The notes below the pieces were generated by a model. It saw nothing but the letters and a program-made list of their open reading frames with translations, was not told where the DNA came from and searched no databases. The position numbers and the translations under genes were made by a program. From a virus (taxonomy: Duplodnaviria; Caudoviricetes): a stretch of 58,829 nucleotides of DNA. How positions within the stretch are numbered: position 1 is the first letter of the stretch; every line of letters starts with the position of its first letter. Positions 29,456 to 39,401 of this stretch are shown here, piece after piece. The stretch covers positions 1 to 58,829 of the IMG/VR virus record IMGVR_UViG_3300050139_000074; one strand, given 5' to 3'.

Positions 29456-29590
29456 TCATGCTCCTATTTTAAAACTCGGAGGAGTCGTTACTGTCCGGAC
29501 GAAGATGGTGTTCGAATGGAGAATAAGGGCAACTGGAGTGATGCCTCCGCCGACTGCGCCCCCAGATGTAGTTACCGACGTAGTAGCCAT
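29456..29590 (-). CDS. small protein (44 aa) resembling C-terminus of upstream propeller protein
   Basis: MATTSVTTSGGAVGGG...NTIFVRT; GAGG RBS; fills gap exactly. Confidence 0.55.
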   Translation of the reverse strand: MATTSVTTSGGAVGGGITPVALILHSNTIFVRTVTTPPSFKIGA

Positions 29591-29591
29591 A

Positions 29592-30665
29592 TTACGACCT
29601 CACGAAAATCTTGTTGCCTTTGTAGCACTGGTATGTCTTCAGGCTCCCGCCTGCTACGGCTCCACCAGTGAAAATAAAAGCCCTCACAATCTCACGAGCA
29701 GTAATAGCACCTCCACCAACTCCGCCTCCTGTTAGTGTGTAAGCCGTTGGAGCAGCATAATTGGTTTCAACACCATCTGTTGCATACCCTACAACCACTA
29801 TACTTCCAGAGTAACTCGTGGTAACTGTCTGCCAAGAATTAGTATTTCCCAGTTCAGTTATATTAGACCATGTAGCTCCATTGTCTAAAGACTTTTGTAT
29901 GTATGAAGTGCCGTCATTAGCGAGAACATATATTGCTGACCCGTTAGGTACTACAACAGCCTGATAAAAATACAAACTTGTTATGCTGGAGTTGAGCGCC
30001 CAAGTCGCACCATAATCTACAGATATGTACAGATGCGTATCATCAGTAATAAATGCTTGTATTGCACCGTCCGCGGACATTGATGGTCGTGCCCAAGTTT
30101 GAGTTCCGGGCGCTGTTATACTTGTGAAACTGCCACCATGGTTACTTGATTTTCGTATATATCCTGCGTAGTTTGCCGTGGTTATATAGGTGCCGTCTGC
30201 GGATATAGCAAGTCCTGTATAGTTGTTGCCGGTGAAAGAATCTATAAGTGACCATGAACCACCGCTGTTGGTAGACTTATACAGTTTTGCCGCGGTTCCA
30301 GTACTCATAGCAAAGAGCATAACTGACGCATCTTTGCTGATGGCGATCTGCGTAACCCAACCACCCCCGATTTTTGTTGTAGCATCAGTAGATGTCGTTG
30401 CCGATACCCCACCATTCGCTGATGTAAGTATGTGACCTGAGTCATAGTCATAAATTACAAGGTTGTCGCCTGACGCATCACAACAAACAATACCACAACC
30501 ACCAGTTTGTATCTGGTTCCATACAAAACCACCATCTACAGCTTTTACGAGAGCACCAGTTTGTCCGTCTGAATTGTACACTACCAAACCGCTAGATGAG
30601 CAGTCGAGAATATCAACTCGGCCTAATCCACCTGATGTTATATGTGGTATATTGGAGAAACTCAC
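29592..30665 (-). CDS. Asp-box/BNR beta-propeller protein, putative receptor-binding
   Basis: Repeated S.(D/N).G.(S/T)W and ISADG units; AT-rich. Confidence 0.75.
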   Translation of the reverse strand: MSFSNIPHITSGGLGRVDILDCSSSGLVVYNSDGQTGALVKAVDGGFVWNQIQTGGCGIVCCDASGDNLVIYDYDSGHILTSANGGVSATTSTDATTKIGGGWVTQIAISKDASVMLFAMSTGTAAKLYKSTNSGGSWSLIDSFTGNNYTGLAISADGTYITTANYAGYIRKSSNHGGSFTSITAPGTQTWARPSMSADGAIQAFITDDTHLYISVDYGATWALNSSITSLYFYQAVVVPNGSAIYVLANDGTSYIQKSLDNGATWSNITELGNTNSWQTVTTSYSGSIVVVGYATDGVETNYAAPTAYTLTGGGVGGGAITAREIVRAFIFTGGAVAGGSLKTYQCYKGNKIFVRS

Positions 30666-31096
30666 GCTGGAACGCCCTTACTGAGTTGGAATACCGGCGT
30701 AACTGCGAGCGTGTCGCCTGATGCTGCTGGTGTGTATTTCGTTGCGAGCCGGTCAGCGTAGACCAGTGTGCCGTCAGCATCAACAACGAAGCAACCATAA
30801 ATATCAGCAGGGCCTGTGAGCGCCCCGGAGAATATAAATGACTGTGCAGCATAAGCTACTTGAGCGATACCTGACGCGATTGAGCAGGTAAAATTTGCAG
30901 CAATCAGCGTGACTGAAGCATACCCCCCACCTGCCGCCTCGGTGTATGTACCTGCTGTGTCACTTCCGTCTGAAGCTGGTGTTACATTATTTGTGAACAA
31001 CTTAAGAGTATAGTTATTACCCCCTGATGGGAGTACGTTTTTAAAATACTTATTGAGCATTGCAAGTGCTCCTACATCTGCGAGTACGATTGACAT
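30662..31096 (-). CDS. putative tail protein
   Basis: LKLFTN..TP, TEA.GGGYA, GDTL.VTP; AAAGGAG RBS. Confidence 0.7.
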   Translation of the reverse strand: MSIVLADVGALAMLNKYFKNVLPSGGNNYTLKLFTNNVTPASDGSDTAGTYTEAAGGGYASVTLIAANFTCSIASGIAQVAYAAQSFIFSGALTGPADIYGCFVVDADGTLVYADRLATKYTPAASGDTLAVTPVFQLSKGVPA

Positions 31097-31119
31097 GGTG
31101 TTTCTCCTTTAATTTAAAC

Positions 31120-32271
31120 TTACGCCAAAACAGCAATATCTAAACATCCATGCGCCATGTTGGGAGGCTCGGCGACCCAATCGCTGCCGTTACGCGACGA
31201 TGCGAGCTCGCCTAAAAGTCCTACTGACATGAAAACTCCTGCCCCATAAACTACCTTTTTGTAGTTACCTGTAGGCATTGTGTGAGAGGTAAACGTAGTT
31301 CCGTCAGTGGTGCGCAGTGCTACGGACGCTCCTACAAGCACCAGCGCACCATCACCGAAGGCAAAAGACCGCAGCGTGGACGTTCCTGTAACAGTGAGTA
31401 TTCTGGACCATACCACACCATCTACGGACTCTGCTATACCGTGCGGTTGCCCTACTGTGTCTACAAGTATTACGTAGAATTTACCAAAAGCGTACACCAC
31501 ATCCCCAAAAATGCCTGTAAAGCCTGATGGGTTCGACACCGCTGACCAGCTATTACCGGCATCAGTGGATACTAAAAAATGTGGTCCATAAAGGCTTATT
31601 ACAAAAGTGCCTTTGCGATTATCTGCCATACCGTAAGCATTAAGGTCCCAGTCAGGTATGGACGTATACCCAGGCATCGCCACCCAAGAAATACCGTCAC
31701 GTGACATTTGAAGTTCAGTCACAGGTTCTCCTAGTGCGTAGGTTCTGTCATTATTGCACCTGATGAAGATTCCGCCAGAGGCATATATCCTAGATATTAA
31801 TGGCGAAGTGTACTGCACCCAATGTACACCATCCCCTGATAGGGCATATGTGTAGCCTCCTATATCCACTGCCGCAAAAAGACTTCGACTCGCAGCGAGG
31901 AAAACTGATACAAAAGGCACAGTGGTCACAGGGATCCATCCCTGCCCGTTTAACGACAGTGCTGAATAATTCGTTGCACCCAAACCAGCTCCGTATATGT
32001 AACTGCTTGATACCAAAAATAGGGCGTGGACTCCGAGTTCTTCCGGGGCCCCAACAACTCTCGGAACCTGCACATAAACATCTTCTTTATTGAAACAGAT
32101 CGAGCATGTGATGACGGCCCCATCAGGAGCGCTTACGATCCTGTTACCGATCTTCAGACCACCGAGCCTCATCTGCTCACGCAGAATAGCAAGTTGCGCC
32201 ATGGCAAAGCCACGGTACTTGTTCTTATCAGCATCCGCTTCGCGGAGTATCGGTGTAGGCAGTACCGACAT
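31120..32271 (-). CDS. beta-propeller (S.DG..W repeats) tail-associated protein
   Basis: Repeats SGDGVHW, SRDGISW, STDAGNSW, SVDGVVW; start reassigned to ATG 32271. Confidence 0.7.
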   Translation of the reverse strand: MSVLPTPILREADADKNKYRGFAMAQLAILREQMRLGGLKIGNRIVSAPDGAVITCSICFNKEDVYVQVPRVVGAPEELGVHALFLVSSSYIYGAGLGATNYSALSLNGQGWIPVTTVPFVSVFLAASRSLFAAVDIGGYTYALSGDGVHWVQYTSPLISRIYASGGIFIRCNNDRTYALGEPVTELQMSRDGISWVAMPGYTSIPDWDLNAYGMADNRKGTFVISLYGPHFLVSTDAGNSWSAVSNPSGFTGIFGDVVYAFGKFYVILVDTVGQPHGIAESVDGVVWSRILTVTGTSTLRSFAFGDGALVLVGASVALRTTDGTTFTSHTMPTGNYKKVVYGAGVFMSVGLLGELASSRNGSDWVAEPPNMAHGCLDIAVLA

Positions 32272-32272
32272 C

Positions 32273-32608
32273 TTACGGCTCAGACGCGACATCCTGCGCG
32301 GTGATGCTGTTCTTGAACGTGAAAGTGTAGACGTTGGTGACGAGGCCGCTTGTGGCATCTACCGACGAGCTCTTCGTGAGCACCATCTTAGTTGGCCGGT
32401 CACCCGACACCAGAGCGTTCCAGCGTTGCCATGCCTGTTCACAGATGGCATAGAGCATCTTCCTGACGTCGCCCGTTGATGCGTCGATCTCGGATGCCTG
32501 GAGTTCAGGGAAAGAGGCTATCGGCACCACCATATCAGTTGTGAGGCAGGTCGTGCCCCCGTGGGTTAAACCGGTGAACCATGTTGCGGGCAGAGGATTC
32601 CAAGCCAT
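32273..32608 (-). CDS. hypothetical virion protein
   Basis: AAAGGAG RBS; coupled to neighbours. Confidence 0.7.
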   Translation of the reverse strand: MAWNPLPATWFTGLTHGGTTCLTTDMVVPIASFPELQASEIDASTGDVRKMLYAICEQAWQRWNALVSGDRPTKMVLTKSSSVDATSGLVTNVYTFTFKNSITAQDVASEP

Positions 32609-34005
32609 TATCTACTCCTTTGAGAGCCGACGAAGCTGGCTCTGAGTTCTTCGATACGAAACTGCCCCGAGAAGCACTCAATCTTGATCGACACATGATT
32701 GCCCGTACGCACCCGTGGGGTCTTCATCCTCATCCGAGAGACTCTTCCAACCGATGAAATCGGCACCGACCATGCCTCTACAGGATCTCCGGTATTCGAA
32801 GCATTATCAGACACGGTGATCAGGACTTCGCCCTCAATTATGCCGGTAAAGTAGAAGGCATCGAAGATCTTCGCACCCTGGGCACCGAGGTTGTTGAACG
32901 GCAGGACCATCATGGCGTACGAGTCAGTGTCAGGCTGAGTGCTCGGCGTAACGAGCGTGTTGCCTGTTGCGAAGTAATTGACGTTGTTCCACGTCGTAGC
33001 CCCGACACAGGCGAAAGGCTCCCGTTTCAGAGCAGTCTTGGTCCTGAAGTCATACTCGATGCAGACCTTATTGCCAAAGGCGAGATACTTGCCCTCTTGC
33101 ACCACGGCATCATAGTAGGAGTCGTTCAGCGTGTCAATATGCTGCAGAGTATTAAGTGTGAGATTCGTCACATTGCCCGAGGGGTCAATAAAGAAGATGC
33201 CGTCAGCGCAGAGAAATATGTGGCCGTAGCCATACGCCTTGCTGATGAACCCGGAGAACATCGTCTCTTTGTACGGGTGGCAGGAGTAGAACTTGGTGGT
33301 GAAGTCAGAAGGCCCAGAGCCGTCGTAGAGGGTTACCCCCTCATTGTGCATACAGAGGATGCACCCTGAGTCACCAGGCTTCTCAGAGTATATCGCGCCG
33401 GCATTGATAATTGGGTCTACGTGACCATAGAAGTTGTCGGCCAGATTGTACACGTCGTAGAGGTAGTCCTCTGAGTGCTGGAGGAACCGTGGGTCTGCGG
33501 CATTGACTGCGTACATCTTGGCGTTATAGACGAACGCCTGCGCGTATGGCGGCATCTTGGCAAAGGTCTTGGATGTAGGAGGTATCGCCGTCAGACTGCC
33601 GATCAGAGCTTCCTGCATGGTAGGCGCTGAGTTCAGGCTCTTGTAGATCTTAGAATTACTGTTCGAGACTCTGACATCGATGTTGGTGTGGCAGACCGAT
33701 CCGCCGACCAGAGGCATGAGCTGGATGTTATTCGTTCCGTCCCACTCACGAGTATCCACAGCGTCTTGAAAAATAAGACGCTCTCCGGAGGAGAGCGAAG
33801 TGATGGGAGCGGAGTGCGTCAGTACCGTAGTGAACTTCGGGATCTTCTCAAGGCAACCATCAGGTGTGGTGGTGAGGTTCAAACTGTCAATCAGTTCAGC
33901 CTCACCTGCGTGCTCATCACGAGGATCAGTCAGCATCTTCTGCGATGCGAAGGCTACGGTGTCGTTCAAGCCCAGACATTTTTTGAACAGCACCGCTTCC
34001 GACAT
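32608..34005 (-). CDS. putative tail nozzle/tubular protein
   Basis: Follows adaptor; GLN N-terminus, beta-rich. Confidence 0.6.
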   Translation of the reverse strand: MSEAVLFKKCLGLNDTVAFASQKMLTDPRDEHAGEAELIDSLNLTTTPDGCLEKIPKFTTVLTHSAPITSLSSGERLIFQDAVDTREWDGTNNIQLMPLVGGSVCHTNIDVRVSNSNSKIYKSLNSAPTMQEALIGSLTAIPPTSKTFAKMPPYAQAFVYNAKMYAVNAADPRFLQHSEDYLYDVYNLADNFYGHVDPIINAGAIYSEKPGDSGCILCMHNEGVTLYDGSGPSDFTTKFYSCHPYKETMFSGFISKAYGYGHIFLCADGIFFIDPSGNVTNLTLNTLQHIDTLNDSYYDAVVQEGKYLAFGNKVCIEYDFRTKTALKREPFACVGATTWNNVNYFATGNTLVTPSTQPDTDSYAMMVLPFNNLGAQGAKIFDAFYFTGIIEGEVLITVSDNASNTGDPVEAWSVPISSVGRVSRMRMKTPRVRTGNHVSIKIECFSGQFRIEELRASFVGSQRSR

Positions 34006-34045
34006 AGTAATTACCTCATTGCGCCCCTGCGCCTCTCTGGCCCGA

Positions 34046-34702
34046 TTAGACTACATACAACGTATTTGGCACCACGTTACCTACACCACCGGAAAGCCTC
34101 TGGAAGTCGCGCTTACCCTCGCGGGCCAGCACCTTGTAATTGTTCAGATGCTCCAGAGCCTTGACAGGATCTTGCAGTTCCCGGTCGTGGTCACCCAGAG
34201 CCTTGTACGCTGCGTATTCTACGCAAGCGAGATGGTGCGAATCATCCGGCAGTTCGAACTCAGTATCGTAGACCGTACCCCGCTTATGATTCAGGGGGAG
34301 GAGACTCCGGCGCCACACTCTGAGACTGACCTGATATACGCCGTTGAGCGCAGGCCAGAAGGTGAGCTTCCCCGTCTGCTGATCAGTCTGCCACTGAATA
34401 GGCTGCCCCGGTGAGGGCGGGAGAGATACTCGCTGTCCTTGATAGAACTGCTGGAGCTTGATGTCACCATACCACGCTTCAAGAACCTGAATAATCCGGG
34501 GATCAATGGCGTAGGATGCTACGTTCGCCTCGGTAGCGAGGGTGTACGTACTGAAGTCGGTGAAGAACCCGGTATCTTTGCAGAACTGATCCTGCCCGAT
34601 GGACAAGAGGCGCATTAGCCGGTCGGTGTCCCACGCATAACGCGGCCCTATGACATCTGCGAGCACTCTTCTAAGTTCTTCAACCGCCTCAGTACGTGTC
34701 AC
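34046..34702 (-). CDS. putative head-tail adaptor
   Basis: Helical N-terminus W....L..LL..GQ..FC, LTFWP, C-terminal helices; position. Confidence 0.65.
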   Translation of the reverse strand: MTRTEAVEELRRVLADVIGPRYAWDTDRLMRLLSIGQDQFCKDTGFFTDFSTYTLATEANVASYAIDPRIIQVLEAWYGDIKLQQFYQGQRVSLPPSPGQPIQWQTDQQTGKLTFWPALNGVYQVSLRVWRRSLLPLNHKRGTVYDTEFELPDDSHHLACVEYAAYKALGDHDRELQDPVKALEHLNNYKVLAREGKRDFQRLSGGVGNVVPNTLYVV

Positions 34703-34704
34703 AA

Positions 34705-35073
34705 TTACACCTCTTTACGTTTCTGGTACGGGCCTTCGACTAACTGCCAAGGAATAGCAGGATACGGCACCCACTCGTAATACTCGGTCTGGTCAGGGTT
34801 CCGTCGCTTTACCTGCCTGGATGCTATGGCATTGCGCAGCACCTGGATAAATGCTTCCGGGATATTCAGAACGTCCACACCACGTTGGATCTGGAGTACT
34901 TCGCCGTTCACACCGATCACCTCATACTCAGGAGCGTACTCTACGAACGCGATCTGAATGGTGTAGAACGGGCCGGCATACTCTGCTTTTCCTTTGTAGA
35001 ACTTGTTGGAGAAGGGTTCCGCTGCCGGAACGGTGGTCGGGCCTAAATCAAGGTCCAGATTGAGATCATTCAT
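34705..35073 (-). CDS. conserved capsid-module protein
   Basis: GVNG...QIQRGVDV..IPE.F..VLRNA motif. Confidence 0.7.
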   Translation of the reverse strand: MNDLNLDLDLGPTTVPAAEPFSNKFYKGKAEYAGPFYTIQIAFVEYAPEYEVIGVNGEVLQIQRGVDVLNIPEAFIQVLRNAIASRQVKRRNPDQTEYYEWVPYPAIPWQLVEGPYQKRKEV

Positions 35074-35082
35074 TTTTCGTGA

Positions 35083-35442
35083 TTACCTTTCTTCGTTTTT
35101 AATTGCGCCTTTGATGGCGTGATAAACTGGTTCAGAAACTTCGATCTCTACTCCCATAGGCAAGGACCCCATTACGCCGTTGATGCCGTACGGCAGCATC
35201 TGCCCGAGAGGACCGAGGATCGTGACCCTGAACGTCGTGGGCTTCGCTTCTTCGAAGAGATTGATGTTGATTTCGGGTGCCGGAGCCTCCTCTTCGACCG
35301 GGGCTTCTTCCACCGGAGCTTCTTCAGCCTCTTCGACCGGAGCTTCTTCAGCCTCTTCGACCGGAGCAGGTTCACCTGCGATCACATCTTCACCAGAGTC
35401 TTCAAAATAATGCCCTGCGAGGGTCTCGTCAATCTCACTCAT
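35083..35442 (-). CDS. acidic protein with PVEEAEEA repeats, paralogue of 34705..35073
   Basis: GING....LPMGVEIEVSEPVY..IK.A; GGAG RBS before ATG 35442. Confidence 0.65.
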   Translation of the reverse strand: MSEIDETLAGHYFEDSGEDVIAGEPAPVEEAEEAPVEEAEEAPVEEAPVEEEAPAPEININLFEEAKPTTFRVTILGPLGQMLPYGINGVMGSLPMGVEIEVSEPVYHAIKGAIKNEER

Positions 35443-35722
35443 TGCCTTCTCCATCCTCAACGTCGTTGGATGCAGCATCGAACGCCTTGTCAAACTCATC
35501 CTCAGTCTTGAAGTCTTGGTCGAGGAGGGGCATGATGTCGTTGACTAGATCTGCGACTTCTTTGGCATCCTTGGCAATGTAGGTCTTGTCTCTTGACGGG
35601 GAGCCGCACATAGTCATCTTATCAGACTTCTTGGCATCAGGCTTGAGTGGTACGTTGCAACTTACTACGAACCCGTTGGTTGCCTTGCCTATCGTTATCA
35701 TCTGGTCCATATACATAATCAA
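35435..35722 (-). CDS. hypothetical protein
   Basis: ITIGKATNGFVV; first gene after terminator. Confidence 0.7.
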   Translation of the reverse strand: MIMYMDQMITIGKATNGFVVSCNVPLKPDAKKSDKMTMCGSPSRDKTYIAKDAKEVADLVNDIMPLLDQDFKTEDEFDKAFDAASNDVEDGEGNE

Positions 35723-35748
35723 CCCCTTTCAAATAAGGCTTTTACCCC

Positions 35749-35780
35749 AAAAGCCACCCCAATTTTGTCGGGGTGGCTTG
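35749..35780 (-). terminator. intrinsic terminator
   Basis: AAGCCACCCC stem followed by TTTT on the minus strand. Confidence 0.7.
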
Positions 35781-35799
35781 GGCTCTGTTCGGAGTCGGG

Positions 35800-36558
35800 T
35801 TAGGCCGGGTAGCCAGCTGTCGGTACGACCGACAAGTCGAAGTACGTAGTGGTGATGCCAGCGGCGTTCAGCGCCGTGGTCGCCGGGGTGAAAGTATGAG
35901 TCGCGTCTGTCACGACCTTGACCGCCCCGATGATCACATTTAAATCACTCGGAGGTGCCAGCCATGCGGAGTTATCCGCGTTTGCAACCGTGGTGATGGT
36001 GCCTGCGGCGTTGATCTGAACGGTGTACCAGCGGTATGAAGAAACCGGGAGTACCTGACCCGCAAGAGCGATCGCAGTTGTGGCAACCTTGGAATACACC
36101 GTACCATCGATGCTGTACGTGATGGTATTTACAGTTTCCAGCTCTTTGACCGAGTTATGTGTGTTCGCCAGAGCAGCAGTTGTAGTAGCCCCGGTGCCGG
36201 TAACCGCAACCGAGATGGTAAATGCTACGGTAGCGACTGAAGCGGTGATGGTGATAACTGCACCTGTAGCAGAAGCGGCGACATTCGCATCAGCATCAAT
36301 GACTGCTGCGAGCGCGGTAGCAACGGCGGCGAGATCCGCGTCGGTTACAAGAGTGGTGTAAGCATACGCCGTACCATTGACGGTAGCAGTGATTACGTCA
36401 CCGGTATGCTTCGTTCCGGCCAAGGTGATTGTGGCAGTCTGGGTAACTGAACTGAAGGCTACGAGGCCCGAAGCGTTCATGCACCGGTAGCCAAGCATCT
36501 TCTGTAGCGCCTTGGTGGCAATGTCGCCAAGGCAGATTGCACGAGGATTAAAAGCCAT
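35800..36558 (-). CDS. putative capsid decoration protein 2 with inserted Ala/Thr-rich domain
   Basis: Paralogue of 36570..37118 (FNPRAICLGD; NTI.Y.IDG..Y.K; TFTPAT; Y..LS.VP). Confidence 0.65.
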   Translation of the reverse strand: MAFNPRAICLGDIATKALQKMLGYRCMNASGLVAFSSVTQTATITLAGTKHTGDVITATVNGTAYAYTTLVTDADLAAVATALAAVIDADANVAASATGAVITITASVATVAFTISVAVTGTGATTTAALANTHNSVKELETVNTITYSIDGTVYSKVATTAIALAGQVLPVSSYRWYTVQINAAGTITTVANADNSAWLAPPSDLNVIIGAVKVVTDATHTFTPATTALNAAGITTTYFDLSVVPTAGYPA

Positions 36559-36569
36559 GACCGGCCCCC

Positions 36570-37118
36570 TTATGCCGGCAGGCCGATAGTCGGCACGCAG
36601 GACAGATTGTAGTAAGTGGTGGTTACACCGGAGGCGGCCTGACTGTCAGTAGCAGGAGTGAATGTGACTGCGACGGTTACGACCTTGATGGCTCCAATGA
36701 CGGTCTGAGCAGAGTCAAGTTTTGGTAGAGGGCAGAGCTTACCTTCTGCTATGTTCGAAGCATCGGTGGAAGAATAACCAAGTGCTACGAGACGTGCAAT
36801 CTCCGCCGTCAGCGTCGCAGTCAGGACTGAAACGCCCTGAGTGATCAGACCGTTGCCACTCTTGTCCAACGAGAGCAGGTAGAACTTGGTGGTGTCAGCA
36901 GCCTGAACTGCGAGATTCGTGTGAGCGATCTCGGCGGAAGTCTTGGTGTACAGGATACCGTCGATGCAGTAGTTGATGGTGTTGGCGATCTTGACCTTAG
37001 CGGGGGCGCTGGAACCGATGACAAGACCGGCGGTGTCAAAGCAGCGGTTGCCGAGCAGGTTACGGACTTCCTCGGTTACGACATCACCGAGACAAATTGC
37101 ACGAGGATTGAAAGACAT
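36570..37118 (-). CDS. putative capsid decoration protein 1
   Basis: Directly after MCP; AGGAGG RBS before ATG 37118. Confidence 0.65.
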   Translation of the reverse strand: MSFNPRAICLGDVVTEEVRNLLGNRCFDTAGLVIGSSAPAKVKIANTINYCIDGILYTKTSAEIAHTNLAVQAADTTKFYLLSLDKSGNGLITQGVSVLTATLTAEIARLVALGYSSTDASNIAEGKLCPLPKLDSAQTVIGAIKVVTVAVTFTPATDSQAASGVTTTYYNLSCVPTIGLPA

Positions 37119-37175
37119 AATAGACCTCCTTTGAGGTTCCCATTGCATGATGGGATTTTTGGTTGGTATTACTGG

Positions 37176-37203
37176 AAAAGCCCCACCCCTTGTGAGGGTG
37201 GTG
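37176..37203 (-). terminator. probable terminator after major capsid gene
   Basis: CCACCCT stem-loop followed by GGCTTTT on the minus strand. Confidence 0.55.
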
Positions 37204-37229
37204 ATGTGTTTCTGAGTAACCTTACGGGG

Positions 37230-38243
37230 TTACGCGATGTCGGTGGCCCCTACTTCTGCCCTCGACATAAAAAGTTGATTCAAAATGACACACCCGAAGT
37301 ATGCCTTCCAGCCAACATGACCGCGCTGCCCCAGTTTATCGGAGTCGCTGATCGTGCCGGGGTTGCGGACGATGGGGGCCGTAACTGCGTTCTTGCCCTT
37401 GAGAGGCACAGAAGCTGCGCAGTGAGCACCGAGGAACAGGACAGGGTAGACGTCACCAAGAGTCCCTGATGTGGAGACCATCGTGGTAACGCCGTTGCTC
37501 TTGGCAGCACCAGCATCGGGGAAAGACTCGAAGATGGTCGAACGGATGTAGCGAACGTCTTCAACAGCACCGATTTCGAAAGCATCAACAGGAACCTTTG
37601 CGCCGTAGTCAACGGCATCCTTGAAGCCCGCCATTGCGCGAACGTCGTTCTCGCAGTCCGGGTGGATCAGGCCCACGTAACCAGCACGAACCGACACAGT
37701 GCTGAAGTTCGGGGTGGAAGCGGTCTGCTGTGTGATGTAGCCGACGTTCTGCCGTTTGAATGACCGTGTAACCTTGCGCTGGAGATTCAACGTCAGGGCC
37801 GTATTAACGTCGGTACGCTGAGTACCGTTGCCGTAGAAGACGTTGGTGCCGGCCTTCAGAACATTGTATCGCAGGGTCTCAAGGGTCTGAGCAGTCTGCT
37901 CTGCGATGATGGTGGTGTACTCCTGAAGAACAGGGTCGTTGTGGAGATCCTGAATCTGATCAGTGAGCTGGATGAAATCGCCATACTGCTGGAGAGTACA
38001 CTGAACGTCGGTGTACCGCATGGACTTGCCAACCGGGGTAACGCCCTCTACGAGGGGGGTCAGTGCCTTCTCCAACGCTTCATAGCGACGGAAGATGGTA
38101 ACCTTGGTCGAGTTCGACGGCAGGGGTTTCATGTCCAGAAACTTCTCAAGGACCAGGTAAGGAAGGGCTCGCATCAAAAAGCCAGGCATTGCGTAGCCAG
38201 CGGTACGCGGGGTGATGTCTCCGTAAACGTTCAAAGAGCCCAT
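37230..38243 (-). CDS. major capsid protein, N4-gp56 family
   Basis: FRRY..L, L.EGVTP, LQQYG, EIG.V..VR.I, DKLGQRG.VGWK; AGGAGG RBS. Confidence 0.92.
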   Translation of the reverse strand: MGSLNVYGDITPRTAGYAMPGFLMRALPYLVLEKFLDMKPLPSNSTKVTIFRRYEALEKALTPLVEGVTPVGKSMRYTDVQCTLQQYGDFIQLTDQIQDLHNDPVLQEYTTIIAEQTAQTLETLRYNVLKAGTNVFYGNGTQRTDVNTALTLNLQRKVTRSFKRQNVGYITQQTASTPNFSTVSVRAGYVGLIHPDCENDVRAMAGFKDAVDYGAKVPVDAFEIGAVEDVRYIRSTIFESFPDAGAAKSNGVTTMVSTSGTLGDVYPVLFLGAHCAASVPLKGKNAVTAPIVRNPGTISDSDKLGQRGHVGWKAYFGCVILNQLFMSRAEVGATDIA

Positions 38244-38297
38244 AGGGCACCTCCTGGCGGGTTGTTATCCCGCAATGGTTTTGGCCTTACGGCCTTC

Positions 38298-39107
38298 TTA
38301 TGCTGCTTTGAGATCCTTCGCACCTTGCTCGAAGGCTGTATCAAAATCATTTGGATCAGGCTCCGCTGTTGCCGAGGTTCTGCGGGTGTCGGCTACTGCC
38401 ATACGTTGGAGCCGTGTATCAGGTATTACCTGTGCAAGTGGCGCAGGCTCTGCCACGCCTGTCGCTGCTTTAAAAGCGGTGAGGAAAGCATTTACATCTG
38501 CGGCGGAACCGTTCTCAAGTACGTTCTTGTACGCCGGTTGAAGATACGTAGGTTGCTGCTCCACCCACTTAACGATAGCCGGGGCGATGTCGAAGGCGTC
38601 TTTATGTACTGCCAGTATTGCCTGTTCGTGCGCCGTAGCTGCTGAAGTATTAACAGACTCCACAACGGGGGCGATCTGAGTTCTGATTGATGTTACGGCT
38701 TCCGTCAGAAGGGTTTTAAGCCCTTCGACTTCTTTCTTCAACTGATCTTCACGCCGGGCATGTTCCGGCCAATCCTTGCGGTACTGCTCTTCGGCGGCAA
38801 GCTCCTCTGCGGTCGGTGCGACTACTACGTCTTCAACCTTTACCGGTTCAGGCTTTGAAGCCTCCAGAGCCGCCTTGACGATGGCGGCGATGTCAACGGG
38901 TGCCGCAGGAGCAGCAGGGACTACAGGTTCAGGAACCACAGGTTCCGGAGCCGCCGGAGTTTCCAACTCCGTCTTAATGGTACTCTCTTCAACTGGGACG
39001 ACAGGTTCAGTTTTCTCGCCTTCAGGCTTAATGGCCTCATCGAAGGCGGAGTCGAAGGACTCATCAAGTACGGCGTTAGTCAGATCATCTGTTTCAGGTG
39101 TAGGCAT
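38298..39107 (-). CDS. scaffolding protein
   Basis: Acidic/Pro-rich N-terminus, helical, immediately upstream of MCP. Confidence 0.75.
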   Translation of the reverse strand: MPTPETDDLTNAVLDESFDSAFDEAIKPEGEKTEPVVPVEESTIKTELETPAAPEPVVPEPVVPAAPAAPVDIAAIVKAALEASKPEPVKVEDVVVAPTAEELAAEEQYRKDWPEHARREDQLKKEVEGLKTLLTEAVTSIRTQIAPVVESVNTSAATAHEQAILAVHKDAFDIAPAIVKWVEQQPTYLQPAYKNVLENGSAADVNAFLTAFKAATGVAEPAPLAQVIPDTRLQRMAVADTRRTSATAEPDPNDFDTAFEQGAKDLKAA

Positions 39108-39173
39108 CGGTAGCTGCTCCTTTCATATTGCGGGTGAGTAGAGTACAAAAACAACACATTGTCAAGCAAAAAG

Positions 39174-39401
39174 TTACTCAGTTTTAAACACATTCTTGAG
39201 TAAAGCCTTTAACTCCTTAGCGGCTCCACGCAGATCTGGATCGTCACGTTCCGCGAGTTTCTCCTTGAGGATCTCCCGCCGTAGCATGAGCAACGTCTTC
39301 ATCTTGTCAAGAAGCTGATCCCCCAGACGTTCCTGAAGCTCCTTCCGAAGCTCCTCCTCCCGCTGTTGCATTGTTGAACGGCTAAGATGTGAGTCTGTCA
39401 T
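39174..39401 (-). CDS. small helical protein between portal and scaffold
   Basis: LRGAAKELK.LL; conserved position. Confidence 0.7.
   Translation of the reverse strand: MTDSHLSRSTMQQREEELRKELQERLGDQLLDKMKTLLMLRREILKEKLAERDDPDLRGAAKELKALLKNVFKTE

Noticed and set aside
29592-32271. Diversity-generating retroelement acting on receptor-binding genes
   Set aside because: No reverse transcriptase and no TR/VR pair differing at adenines seen
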